Source: Promethearchaeota archaeon
GTDB taxonomy: Archaea > Asgardarchaeota > Lokiarchaeia > Sigyniarchaeales > SOKP01
Assembly (NCBI GenBank): GCA_008080735.1
Contig: SHMW01000035.1
Location: 1 to 38,472, forward strand
Direction of reading: 5' to 3'
Length of the DNA stretch: 38,472 nt
The notes below the pieces were generated by a model, which did no database searches, was not told the DNA's origin, and saw only the letters and a list, made by a program, of their open reading frames with translations. Below, one piece after another: positions 1 to 8,631 of the stretch. Numbering within the stretch: position 1 is the first letter of the stretch; the number at the start of each line of letters is the position of its first letter. The translations under genes and the position numbers were made by a program.

Positions 1-1180
1 TCTCGGCGACGGACTTTACGCCCGCCAACCCGTTTCCCAGAGTCTATAGCGCCAGCAGCTTCGGAGTTTAAGAGAGGGGTGAAGGATCTCTCCTCCAGAC
101 ACCTCAGTTAGTGCTCTACGCCACTGGCCACCTCGTCTGAGACTTGGCTGAGACCAACTTCGGAAGGAACCAGCTATTACCGATCTAGATTAGCCTTTTG
201 CTCCTATTCCCAGTTCATCCAAGCGAATTGTACGTCAGCACTGGTGCAGACCTCCATCGTCCTTTCGAACGACTTCATCTTAACCAGGAATAGATCGACC
301 GGCTTCGGGTCTTGCAGCAGCGACTTTAGGCCCTTTAAGACCGTTCCTCTGACCTAATTCCTTAGAAGATGTCACTAACCCTTTGCGGAAACGGCAAAAC
401 CGCACCGAAAGAATTAGGTCGATCTAATGTGATAACTAGGCTGCAGGAATATCGGTTTCCCTTTGCCTCCATGTTGGTAAACATTTAAGCTCGCCTCTAC
501 TGCAAACTCCCTGGCCAATGATTCCAGACTGATGAAGCGACGATAGTCCTCTCCAATATGATATCCCGTCACCAGGACTCATTCTCGGAGAATCTGTCCT
601 TCCACGCCGCTTCCCTACTAAACTATTTGGTTTCAAGCGCTTTTCACGGCCCTTCCGGGTTTCTTTTCATCTTTCGCTCACGCTACTACTACGCTATCGG
701 TCTTGGGACATGTTTAGATTTGCCAATGTGTATCTGGCATGTTCACACGAGAAAACTATCCCGCATTACTCGGGGACACTCGAAGCAACCTTCCAATTTA
801 CAGTTACGCGGCTATCACGCTCTATGGCTCCGCTTTCCAGGGGTATTCACTTTCAATGGTTAGGTCGTACGAGGCCCACACACCACATTTCCACTAGATT
901 TCTCTAGGGATTCGGTTTGATCTGTTCCGCTTTCGCTCGCCGTTACTCACGGAATCACTCTTGTTTTCTCTTCCTCCCGATACTAAAATGTTTTACTTCT
1001 CGGGGTTCCCCTTCTCACAGGAGAATCTCGCGGATTATTGAGCCGCGAGTGGATGTCCTATTGAAGAATCTCGGGGTCAACGTCTACGTGCGACTAACCC
1101 GAGCTTATCGCAGCTTGTCACGCTCTTCATCGGTGCCCAAGCCTAGATATCCACCAAATAGTGAAGGCGTATTGGCAACT
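1..1180 (-). rRNA. rrl: 23S rRNA, 5' portion (continues beyond the window's left edge)
   Basis: The reverse complement matches conserved LSU rRNA blocks, e.g. GGTGGAT..CTAGGC...CCGATGAAGAGCGTGACAAGCTGCGATAAGC near the 5' end. Plus-strand blocks include TTCGCTCGCCGTTACT, CTTTCGCTCACGCTACT..CGCTATCGGT and TTCGGAAGGAACCAGCTAT. The 5' end is approximate (+/-10 nt). Confidence 0.97.
342..451 (-). other. Large rRNA expansion segment at the ES9 (H28-H31) position
   Basis: About 110 nt lie between TAAGAC and TCGGTTTCCC, which are adjacent in bacterial 23S. Nested inverted repeats: TTCCT/AGGAA, GACCTAATTC(351-360)/GAATTAGGTC(411-420), TGCGG/CCGCA. Confidence 0.8.
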
Positions 1181-1580
1181 ACTCAGGGAAAGGTTCAGAG
1201 AGCTCACATATAGGGTGTCGTGTATGAGATACTACGATCTCAAGACAATTAAAAATTTGAGACGATTTCAAGAAGACTTATTCCATGTTTATTTTACATA
1301 AATAATATGAAATATTATCTTTTTGGGGTGTGTTCCTATGAGCATGATTCTTCTCACGCTTGGCACGGTATCCTTAAGCTAACCAAGGATAAGAGATTAT
1401 TTTGATCGTATGGTCGCGTAAGCACCTATTTCCTGTCGCATCGAAAATACCAATGGACTTCCATAGGGCCATGCCAGTTATCGGTGATGTTTCATCAATA
1501 GATGAACCATGGAACCATCCAATAACTTGCGATGAATGTAATAGAAGTTTTTTTACGCAAACTTTCATCCATCGACAAAT
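1181..1580 (-). other. Structured 5' leader (external transcribed spacer) of the 23S gene
   Basis: Non-coding region, GC-richer than its flanks, with several inverted repeats, lying between the promoter and the 23S 5' end. Confidence 0.6.
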
Positions 1581-1597
1581 ATTTTAAGTAATTCAGA

Positions 1598-1618
1598 TAT
1601 TAAAAGCTTTATGGTTTG
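1598..1618 (-). promoter_or_regulatory. Putative BRE-TATA promoter of the 23S gene
   Basis: The minus strand reads CAAACCATAAAG-CTTTTAATA, about 25 nt upstream of the start of the structured leader. Confidence 0.6.
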
Positions 1619-1867
1619 AAAACCAAAAACTTTAATAGGGAAGATAGCGACACAAACAATTAATTGTTTAATAATTTGTTCATTGCTTTTATGGTTTGGA
1701 GTTAAGATTGGGATCAGAAATGAAAAACACCTTTTTTCATGGGACTTATTTTCGGACTATCTATAATTTTTTTATGGGGTAAACTAAATTTGCTCTTCTA
1801 ATTTGAAAAAAAATCTTTTTTTGGTAATATATCTTATAGTGAATAAGCAGTTAATAAACTAAAGAAA

Positions 1868-2734
1868 ATGTCGAAGAGAACATATATTGGGTGTTCGGGC
1901 TGGAGTTATGAGGATTGGGTCGGACGGTTTTATCCTAAAAGCTTAGAGAGTAAAGATTTTCTCAATTATTATTCTAAAATTTTCTATACGAATGAGATTA
2001 ATACGACCTTTTACAACATTCCTTCGAAGTGGATAGTGGAGAGTTGGGCGACGCGCACTCCTGATGATTTTGTATTTACGGCAAAAATTCCCCGTGTGAT
2101 CACACATGAGAATAAGTTAGATTTGTCAGACTGCTACCATCATTTAGAGGTCTTTTTGAAAGTGATGGAGCCTTTAATTCAATCGGGAAAATTACTGGCA
2201 CTCCTCATTCAGTTGCCCCCCTCATTTAATAAAGACGAGCATTATGATAACTTAAAAGAGTTCATAGATGAATGGCCGATGGATTATCGGGATGCGCCAT
2301 ATAAATTAGCCGTAGAATTCAGAAATAAATCGTGGATGGAAAAGGAAACATTTGCATATTTGAGGAAAAATGCTCTAACCTATTGTGCAGTAATAGAACC
2401 AACTCTCCCTCCCAGAATGGATGTAACCAATCAAGAGTTTGCCTATATTAGATTTCACGGTTTTGGGGAGAAAATTTGGTTTGATTATCTATTTAGCGAT
2501 CAGGAAATCGATAAGTACACCGAGATGGTGAAAGTTGTTATTGATTCTGCTAAAGTCGTGGGGATATATTTCAATAATCATTTTTCCGGATATGCCCCTA
2601 AGAATTCATTAATGATGATGGATAAACTAAATATACAACCGAGAAATAATCCCGAAGAGATTGACATTTTAGAGGTCAAAAAAGATTCGGGAACGGTCTC
2701 AAAAGGTCAGACAAGTTTAGATAAATTTTTCTAA
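1868..2734 (+). CDS. DUF72 (YecE/UPF0759) family protein with C-terminal PIP box
   Basis: IGCSGWSY, EINTTFY, QLPPSF, AVEFRN.SW, YIRFHG and YFNNH motifs; C-terminus QTSLDKFF. Confidence 0.92.
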   Translation: MSKRTYIGCSGWSYEDWVGRFYPKSLESKDFLNYYSKIFYTNEINTTFYNIPSKWIVESWATRTPDDFVFTAKIPRVITHENKLDLSDCYHHLEVFLKVMEPLIQSGKLLALLIQLPPSFNKDEHYDNLKEFIDEWPMDYRDAPYKLAVEFRNKSWMEKETFAYLRKNALTYCAVIEPTLPPRMDVTNQEFAYIRFHGFGEKIWFDYLFSDQEIDKYTEMVKVVIDSAKVVGIYFNNHFSGYAPKNSLMMMDKLNIQPRNNPEEIDILEVKKDSGTVSKGQTSLDKFF

Positions 2735-2768
2735 AATAAAATTGTATAATTGAGGAAGAAGGCTACAT

Positions 2769-3758
2769 ATGAACAAAAGTATCATTAAAATCGCATTCAT
2801 CGGGGCGGGTTCGATTGGAAGTTTATTTGGGGGTTATTTAGCGAACATTTCTTCAGAAAAGTATGAAATCGAGATGAATTTTTTTGGTAGAAAAGCGCAT
2901 ATAATGGCGATAAACGAAAATGGTTTGATATTGGAAAAAGGATCAGAAGAAATACTTATTGAAAGTATCAATGGATATACCGATATTCACGATTATTTGA
3001 ATCATAATCCGGAGAGTCGTTTGAAATTTGTTTTTCTTACAACAAAAGCTTATGATATTGATGAGGCATTGGTCGAATATAAGGGTTTAATTAAAAAGAT
3101 GGATTGGATAGTTATTCTTCAAAATGGAATAGGGAATGAAGATATTGTTAAACATTATGTTCCTAAAAATAAAATTATTCGCGCAATTACGTCTAATGGG
3201 GCTTTAATTCGCCAACCAGGAAAAGTGAAGCATACAGGACTCGGTTTCACGAGAATAGGATTTCCTTTTAAGGACGATATTCCAGAAGAAGAGAAAGAAG
3301 GTGCCATTGCAGATTTGGGCTTGTGTGCAGAATTAATGTCAAGGGCGGGGATTAAAACGGAGATTGTCAATGATATCATTGGGAATTGCTGGGAAAAGAT
3401 CTTCGTAAATATAGGAATTAACGCATTTGGTGCTTTAACTCGCCTTAAAAATGGGGAATTAATTAATAGTGAGAAACTAAGAAATCTGATTCGAGATGCT
3501 ATAGAAGAAGCATTAAAAATTGCTCGGCAGAGAAATATTAATTTAAGTAAGAAAAATTACATTGATGTGTGTTTTGATGTTGCCCGAAACACTAAAGATA
3601 ATCTCAATTCAATGTTGCAAGATATTATCAAAGGGAAGAAGACGGAGATCGATTTTATTAATGGAAGAATAGTTACATATAGCGAAGATGAAGATCAAGT
3701 ACCAATAAATCGGACAATCACATATTTAATAAAAGGTCTTGAAAACTCTGAACTATAA
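2769..3758 (+). CDS. panE: Ketopantoate reductase (2-dehydropantoate 2-reductase)
   Basis: GAGSIG Rossmann motif, TKAYD, LQNGIG, WEKIFVN..IN, SMLQD, TEIDFING. Confidence 0.93.
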   Translation: MNKSIIKIAFIGAGSIGSLFGGYLANISSEKYEIEMNFFGRKAHIMAINENGLILEKGSEEILIESINGYTDIHDYLNHNPESRLKFVFLTTKAYDIDEALVEYKGLIKKMDWIVILQNGIGNEDIVKHYVPKNKIIRAITSNGALIRQPGKVKHTGLGFTRIGFPFKDDIPEEEKEGAIADLGLCAELMSRAGIKTEIVNDIIGNCWEKIFVNIGINAFGALTRLKNGELINSEKLRNLIRDAIEEALKIARQRNINLSKKNYIDVCFDVARNTKDNLNSMLQDIIKGKKTEIDFINGRIVTYSEDEDQVPINRTITYLIKGLENSEL

Positions 3759-3762
3759 ACAG

Positions 3763-4299
3763 TTATATTTTTGTTTTGCGTACCATATAATAGGCATTTT
3801 CGCCATCCCTATAATACGCCTTCTTAATTGTCTGAATTTTATACCCTAAACGCTTGTAAAGATTAATTGCGGGGTAATTCGAGACACGAACTTCTAAAAC
3901 ATATTCGGAGATATCTTGTTTCTTAATTTCGGGCATACTTTTCTTAAGAAGTGCGGTGGCAATACCTTTTCTACGCCATGCCTCTGAAACTGCGATACTG
4001 ACTAGATGGCCTTTATTGACTAATTTCAAGCTATTTATCGATGGAGTACGCTCTATTCTCCACATTACATACCCGATTATTTTCTCGAGGTTGTCTCGTT
4101 CGCATGCAACTAAAAAAGAATCGGAATAATTATCCAAAATGCTTTTGTAGAAAAAATAGGGATAATCTTCGGGGAGTTCTCTTTCATTTACTTCAATGAC
4201 CCCCTCCAAATCATCTGTAGTACATCTTCTGATGATATAGTCCTTTTTTTTGGTGTGTATACCAAAAAAGTTGGATTTTGATTCTTTTTCAGTTCCCAT
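3763..4299 (-). CDS. ard1: N-terminal acetyltransferase, Ard1/RimI family
   Basis: LPEDY, GHLVSIAV, RRKGIA (GNAT motif A), LEVRVSN..AI.LY, YYRDGENAY. Confidence 0.9.
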   Translation of the reverse strand: MGTEKESKSNFFGIHTKKKDYIIRRCTTDDLEGVIEVNERELPEDYPYFFYKSILDNYSDSFLVACERDNLEKIIGYVMWRIERTPSINSLKLVNKGHLVSIAVSEAWRRKGIATALLKKSMPEIKKQDISEYVLEVRVSNYPAINLYKRLGYKIQTIKKAYYRDGENAYYMVRKTKI

Positions 4300-4388
4300 C
4301 GTCAGTTTGCGATCGTTTAGTAATTAGTGTAATTATAATATATTAATGAAATAAAAACATTTATTCTTTTTTGAAATGTACTTAAGGT

Positions 4389-5192
4389 TCAAACATCTAA
4401 TCCCTTGAATGCCTCTATTTTTTGTTCTTCGATATAGGAAATTATCAAATCTAAGGAAGCTTGGATGTTTTTAACATTATCGAAATTAGCGATTATTGAT
4501 TTTAATTCATCTCTGGGAAATTTTTTAAATTTTTGGGTAATTTTAATCATGAGGGGCACAGCGCGAATAATGTTATCAACAATCGTAATATCGGCCCATA
4601 GAGCGGTCCTACTTATTGGATTTAAATCTACGGTGATAATTTTTTTTCCATTTTTCTTGAGAGCTTCCGTTCTATCTCCATCCTCTAGTGGTACAAACAC
4701 TATATCTGCTTTTTTAATCCCCCGAGGATCTACTAATCGTCTATTACTCGATAATTCTTCAATTTCAACCATCTCGCTTTCATTTATACCAAGTAAGTTT
4801 TGTGCTCCTGCCTGTCGTAAAACCTTTTCTATCGCTTCAATTCGCCCCTCTTTCCTATAAAACAAATTAATTTCTAAAGGAGCAGAAATAACTTGAGAAA
4901 ATTTTACTAATTCTTCTGGTATAAGAGCAGCCACGTTTCCATTTACACTAATAACGGGATGGTCTGCCAAAAGAAATGCGGCGATTGCTGCTTCTATTGC
5001 TTTCTTCGCAGTTTCCGTAGTTCTTTCTCCAATAATATAATCGAAAGCTTCCCCTCTCCCATGTGCAATTAATCCCGCTTCAGCGACAATTAAATTTTTC
5101 ATCCCTTCGATAATTTTGTGACGATATGTCAAACTTTTATAACGTGGATGATCCATGGGAATAGAATGGCTTTTTTCTTTCTGGTTCGTCAT
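4389..5192 (-). CDS. pps: Phosphopantothenate synthetase (archaeal 4-phosphopantoate--beta-alanine ligase)
   Basis: HPRY.SL..R, GLIAHGRGEAFDY, SVNGN, VPLEDGDR, DLNPISRT. Confidence 0.93.
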   Translation of the reverse strand: MTNQKEKSHSIPMDHPRYKSLTYRHKIIEGMKNLIVAEAGLIAHGRGEAFDYIIGERTTETAKKAIEAAIAAFLLADHPVISVNGNVAALIPEELVKFSQVISAPLEINLFYRKEGRIEAIEKVLRQAGAQNLLGINESEMVEIEELSSNRRLVDPRGIKKADIVFVPLEDGDRTEALKKNGKKIITVDLNPISRTALWADITIVDNIIRAVPLMIKITQKFKKFPRDELKSIIANFDNVKNIQASLDLIISYIEEQKIEAFKGLDV

Positions 5193-5286
5193 TAATAGCT
5201 AATTCCTATCATTTTTTACGTTATATTTATGAGATATATACGAAAAACTATTAATTTTTGGATAATTATAAAATTTGTAGATTAAG

Positions 5287-6561
5287 ATGAGCCAACAAAG
5301 TGAAGAAAAAGGTGTGGATCTTAAGAGATATAGGACGAAAAAACTTATAGAAGACCTTAAAGATAAAAAAGGATTTCACACAGAATTGGTCAGTTTATAT
5401 ATTCCACCCGATAAGAAGTTGTCTGATGTTACTAATTATTTAAAAAATGAAGTAAGTGAAAGTCAGAATATCAAATCCAAATTAACCAGAAAGAATGTAC
5501 TTGACAGCATCTCCAGCTTACTTGGACAATTGCGAACTTTCAAGGAAATTCCTAAAAATGGACTGATTATGTTCTCTGGGGCAATACCTCAAAATGATAC
5601 TCCAGGAACGGAAAAAAACGAACTTTATATCGTAGAACCTCCGAATGTAGTTAATACGTTTCGCTATCATTGTGATAGTAAATTTTTGCTATGGCCCCTG
5701 GAAGATATGCTCCAAGAAAAAGCAACTTATGGTTTAATTGTAATTGGGCGTCAAGAATCGGCCGTAGGATATGTTAAGGGGAATAGAGTAGAGGTTGTAC
5801 GAGAATTCACCTCTGGAATACATAGCAAACATCGCGCAGGTGGGCAGTCTCAAAGACGATTTGAACGATTAATTGAGGAAGGAGAGAAGCGTTTTTATCG
5901 CAGAATTTCCGATGAGATCAACAAAATATTCTTAGATATGGAAGAGCTCCGAGGCATTTTTATAGGGGGCCCTGGACCCTCCAAAGAGAAGTTCGTGAGA
6001 GATGAAAGTTTGGATTATCGATTGCAAGAAAAGATTATGGACGTTGTGGATTTAGGCTATGGTGGTTCTGAAGGAATCCGAGCACTATTAGAGCGCGTAA
6101 AAGATAATATTGAAGACATTAAATATATTCACGAAAAAAAGGTTATGCAGAAATTTATGAGCGAAATAACGAGCGATTCTGGGTTAGCCACCTATGGGAT
6201 TAAAGAAGTGGAAAAAGGATTAAATTATGGTGCTGTTGACATGCTGATTATCTCTGAAGAGTTGGACAAATATCGTGCAAAATTGGAGTGCTCAAATTGT
6301 GGTTATACCGAACATCGAATCATAAAAGAGGAAGAATTTGAAGATACAGAAACAATAATTCAAGATGAAGTCTGTCCGAAATGTAGCTCCAATACTTTTG
6401 GGTTAGTCGACCATAAATCATTGGTAGAAGCATTTGGAGAAATGGCAGAGAGCACCGGCGCCGATATAGAAATCATCTCTAAAGAGACAGAAGAAGGAGA
6501 AACATTATATAGCACTTTTGGGGGAGTCGTCGCTCTATTACGTTATAAATTCTCCTATTAA
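5287..6561 (+). CDS. prf1: Peptide chain release factor aRF1
   Basis: TELVSLYIP, NIKS, YxCxxxF and GGQS motifs; CxxC...CxxC Zn-ribbon insert in domain 3; FGG..ALLRY end. Confidence 0.97.
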   Translation: MSQQSEEKGVDLKRYRTKKLIEDLKDKKGFHTELVSLYIPPDKKLSDVTNYLKNEVSESQNIKSKLTRKNVLDSISSLLGQLRTFKEIPKNGLIMFSGAIPQNDTPGTEKNELYIVEPPNVVNTFRYHCDSKFLLWPLEDMLQEKATYGLIVIGRQESAVGYVKGNRVEVVREFTSGIHSKHRAGGQSQRRFERLIEEGEKRFYRRISDEINKIFLDMEELRGIFIGGPGPSKEKFVRDESLDYRLQEKIMDVVDLGYGGSEGIRALLERVKDNIEDIKYIHEKKVMQKFMSEITSDSGLATYGIKEVEKGLNYGAVDMLIISEELDKYRAKLECSNCGYTEHRIIKEEEFEDTETIIQDEVCPKCSSNTFGLVDHKSLVEAFGEMAESTGADIEIISKETEEGETLYSTFGGVVALLRYKFSY

Positions 6562-6650
6562 AGATTGAAAAAGTAAAGTTTACGCTAAATATCATAAGTT
6601 TATAAAACTATTTAATGAAGTAAAATAAAAGATCATAAAATCAATTAATT

Positions 6651-7634
6651 ATGGAATTAAGAGAGATTCTTTTAAATCGAAAAATGGTCATGTTCGGAGG
6701 AAAAGGAGGTGTCGGCAAGACGAGTTGCGCAACAAGCTCTGCGATTTGGGCGGCCGAGCATGGTAGGAAAACACTAATAATCAGTACAGATCCCGCACAT
6801 TCACTTGGAGATAGTTTAGATATAGAGTTGCCCCCAGGAGACCCTACACCTATAGAAGGGGTGGAAAATTTGACCGCTTTAGAAATTAATCCGAAAGCGA
6901 ATATGTCTGAATTTGAGGGAATGACCAACATTAATCCAATAGAAGAGATGGGCTTACCGGGAATGGGGGATATGGGAATGTTTGGAGATTTACAGGAGCT
7001 TTCTACTATGAATCCTCCCGGCATTGATGAAGCTTTAGCATTTGCCAAGGTCTTAGAGTTTATAGAAACAGATCATGAGTACGAGTTAATCATTTTTGAT
7101 ACCGCACCAACGGGTCATACTTTAAGATTTTTAGGGCTTCCCGAAACCTTATCTGGATGGATTGGGAAATTACTCAAATTGCGACTTAAAGTGGGAAAGA
7201 TTTTTGGTTCGATAAAAACCTTCTTTACCCGGGGGGAAGAAAAAGAAGATGATAATTCCCTTGAACTTTTGGAAAAGTTAAATGAGTCTATTAAGAGAGC
7301 TCGGGAAGATTTGACAAATCCCAATGTAAATTCTTTTGTTATTGTAATGATTCCCGAAGAAATGGCGATTGCAGAAACGGGTCGTTTAAATAATCAACTA
7401 GTTAAATATCAAATTCCCTCCTCGAATATAATTGTGAATCAATTATTTCCCGATACTCAAGAGCTATGTGATTTTTGTCAAAGCAGGAGAAGTATGCAGC
7501 AGAAACATTTAGAAAGAGTAAAGAAAATATTTGGAGAAAATATGAATAAAAACATAATCGAGGTTCCTCTCTTTAAAGAAGAAATCAGAGGAAATTCAAT
7601 GCTAAAAAAAATGGCGGAACAATTGATAAACTAG
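6651..7634 (+). CDS. Get3/TRC40-type ArsA-family ATPase
   Basis: GKGGVGKT, STDPAHS, PGIDEA and DTAPTGHTLRFL motifs; CDFC...R...Q motif; single ATPase domain. Confidence 0.9.
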   Translation: MELREILLNRKMVMFGGKGGVGKTSCATSSAIWAAEHGRKTLIISTDPAHSLGDSLDIELPPGDPTPIEGVENLTALEINPKANMSEFEGMTNINPIEEMGLPGMGDMGMFGDLQELSTMNPPGIDEALAFAKVLEFIETDHEYELIIFDTAPTGHTLRFLGLPETLSGWIGKLLKLRLKVGKIFGSIKTFFTRGEEKEDDNSLELLEKLNESIKRAREDLTNPNVNSFVIVMIPEEMAIAETGRLNNQLVKYQIPSSNIIVNQLFPDTQELCDFCQSRRSMQQKHLERVKKIFGENMNKNIIEVPLFKEEIRGNSMLKKMAEQLIN

Positions 7635-7641
7635 TATCTTT

Positions 7642-8625
7642 TTACTTTATTTCTTGTACTAATTGACAATAGCTACAGATATCATAATTCGATGTGGGAT
7701 ATCCGCATAGAGAGCAAAAATTTGGATTGATATCTTTATATTCTTTTCTCAGAATCTCAGAAAGCTCAATAAATCCATTAAAAAGGTTAAACTCTGTCTC
7801 GGGACTAGTTTCTTTTAAATTAACGATAAAATTTAACACCTTTTTTCTTAATATGGGAAATTGTTTTCTGTACGGACATTTATCAGAATAGTAATCCAAT
7901 TTCTTCGATTTTATATATATTGAGATTTCCTCCTCGGGAAGTTTCATTAACGGACGTATTTTTTTTAGATAATATGTATTCGACTTTACAGACTCATCAA
8001 ATGGTGATTGTTGCGCAATTAAAGGAAATCTTTTAAATAAGATATTCATAAGAAATGTTTCGGCAATATCAGTTAGGTTATGGCCCAATGCTAAGACTGT
8101 CCCTCCTAATTCGATGGCAATATCATTTAATAATCTACGTCGGATAAGAGCGCAGTAATTGCACGGATATCTAAAATCTATATCGCTTTTCTTGAGGTTT
8201 AATAATTCATCAAGTGTTTTCCCAACTTTTTCCTTAAATGAATGGATTTCATGTCTAATACCAAATCTTTGGCAAAATTTGCGTGCTGATTTTATGCTCT
8301 GAGTTCTGTACCCATTTATGCCCTCATCAATAGAAAGTGCGATGAGGGGTTTGGCATCATATACTTTTTTTTGTATTTTCATAAGATTATATAGCAGAAC
8401 AATAGAATCTTTTCCCCCAGAGAGTCCAACAATAATCTTATCATCTGGTGAGAGCATATTATATTTCGAGACGGTCTTATTAATGATGCGTTCGATACTT
8501 TTCGTGAGGCACCTTGAGCAGAAAGATTGTCCTGCGTGTGGCCTATAATAGACAGAAGTATTTTTCCCACATTGATCGCATGTTCCTACTTCAAACATAT
8601 CGAGATCCTTGATCTGTTCATTCAT
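7642..8625 (-). CDS. tRNA 2-thiolation protein, TtuA/Ncs6 family
   Basis: N- and C-terminal Zn fingers, SGGKDS PP-loop, CxxC..RR, GHNLTD, CPY. Confidence 0.9.
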   Translation of the reverse strand: MNEQIKDLDMFEVGTCDQCGKNTSVYYRPHAGQSFCSRCLTKSIERIINKTVSKYNMLSPDDKIIVGLSGGKDSIVLLYNLMKIQKKVYDAKPLIALSIDEGINGYRTQSIKSARKFCQRFGIRHEIHSFKEKVGKTLDELLNLKKSDIDFRYPCNYCALIRRRLLNDIAIELGGTVLALGHNLTDIAETFLMNILFKRFPLIAQQSPFDESVKSNTYYLKKIRPLMKLPEEEISIYIKSKKLDYYSDKCPYRKQFPILRKKVLNFIVNLKETSPETEFNLFNGFIELSEILRKEYKDINPNFCSLCGYPTSNYDICSYCQLVQEIK

Positions 8626-8631
8626 TTATTA

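Noticed and set aside
342-451. Insert interpreted as a BHB rRNA intron or homing-endonuclease element
   Set aside because: It has no ORF and no clear BHB at the junctions, and its position matches a known expansion site.
436-1213. Four ORFs (436-636, 558-863, 710-907, 917-1213)
   Set aside because: They lie within the 23S rRNA gene and are chance ORFs.
1374-1587. Two opposing ORFs of 61-64 aa
   Set aside because: They overlap the palindrome-rich rRNA leader and show no protein motifs.
6651-7634. ArsA arsenite pump
   Set aside because: Single domain, Get3-type features, and no arsB/acr3/arsD/arsR neighbours.
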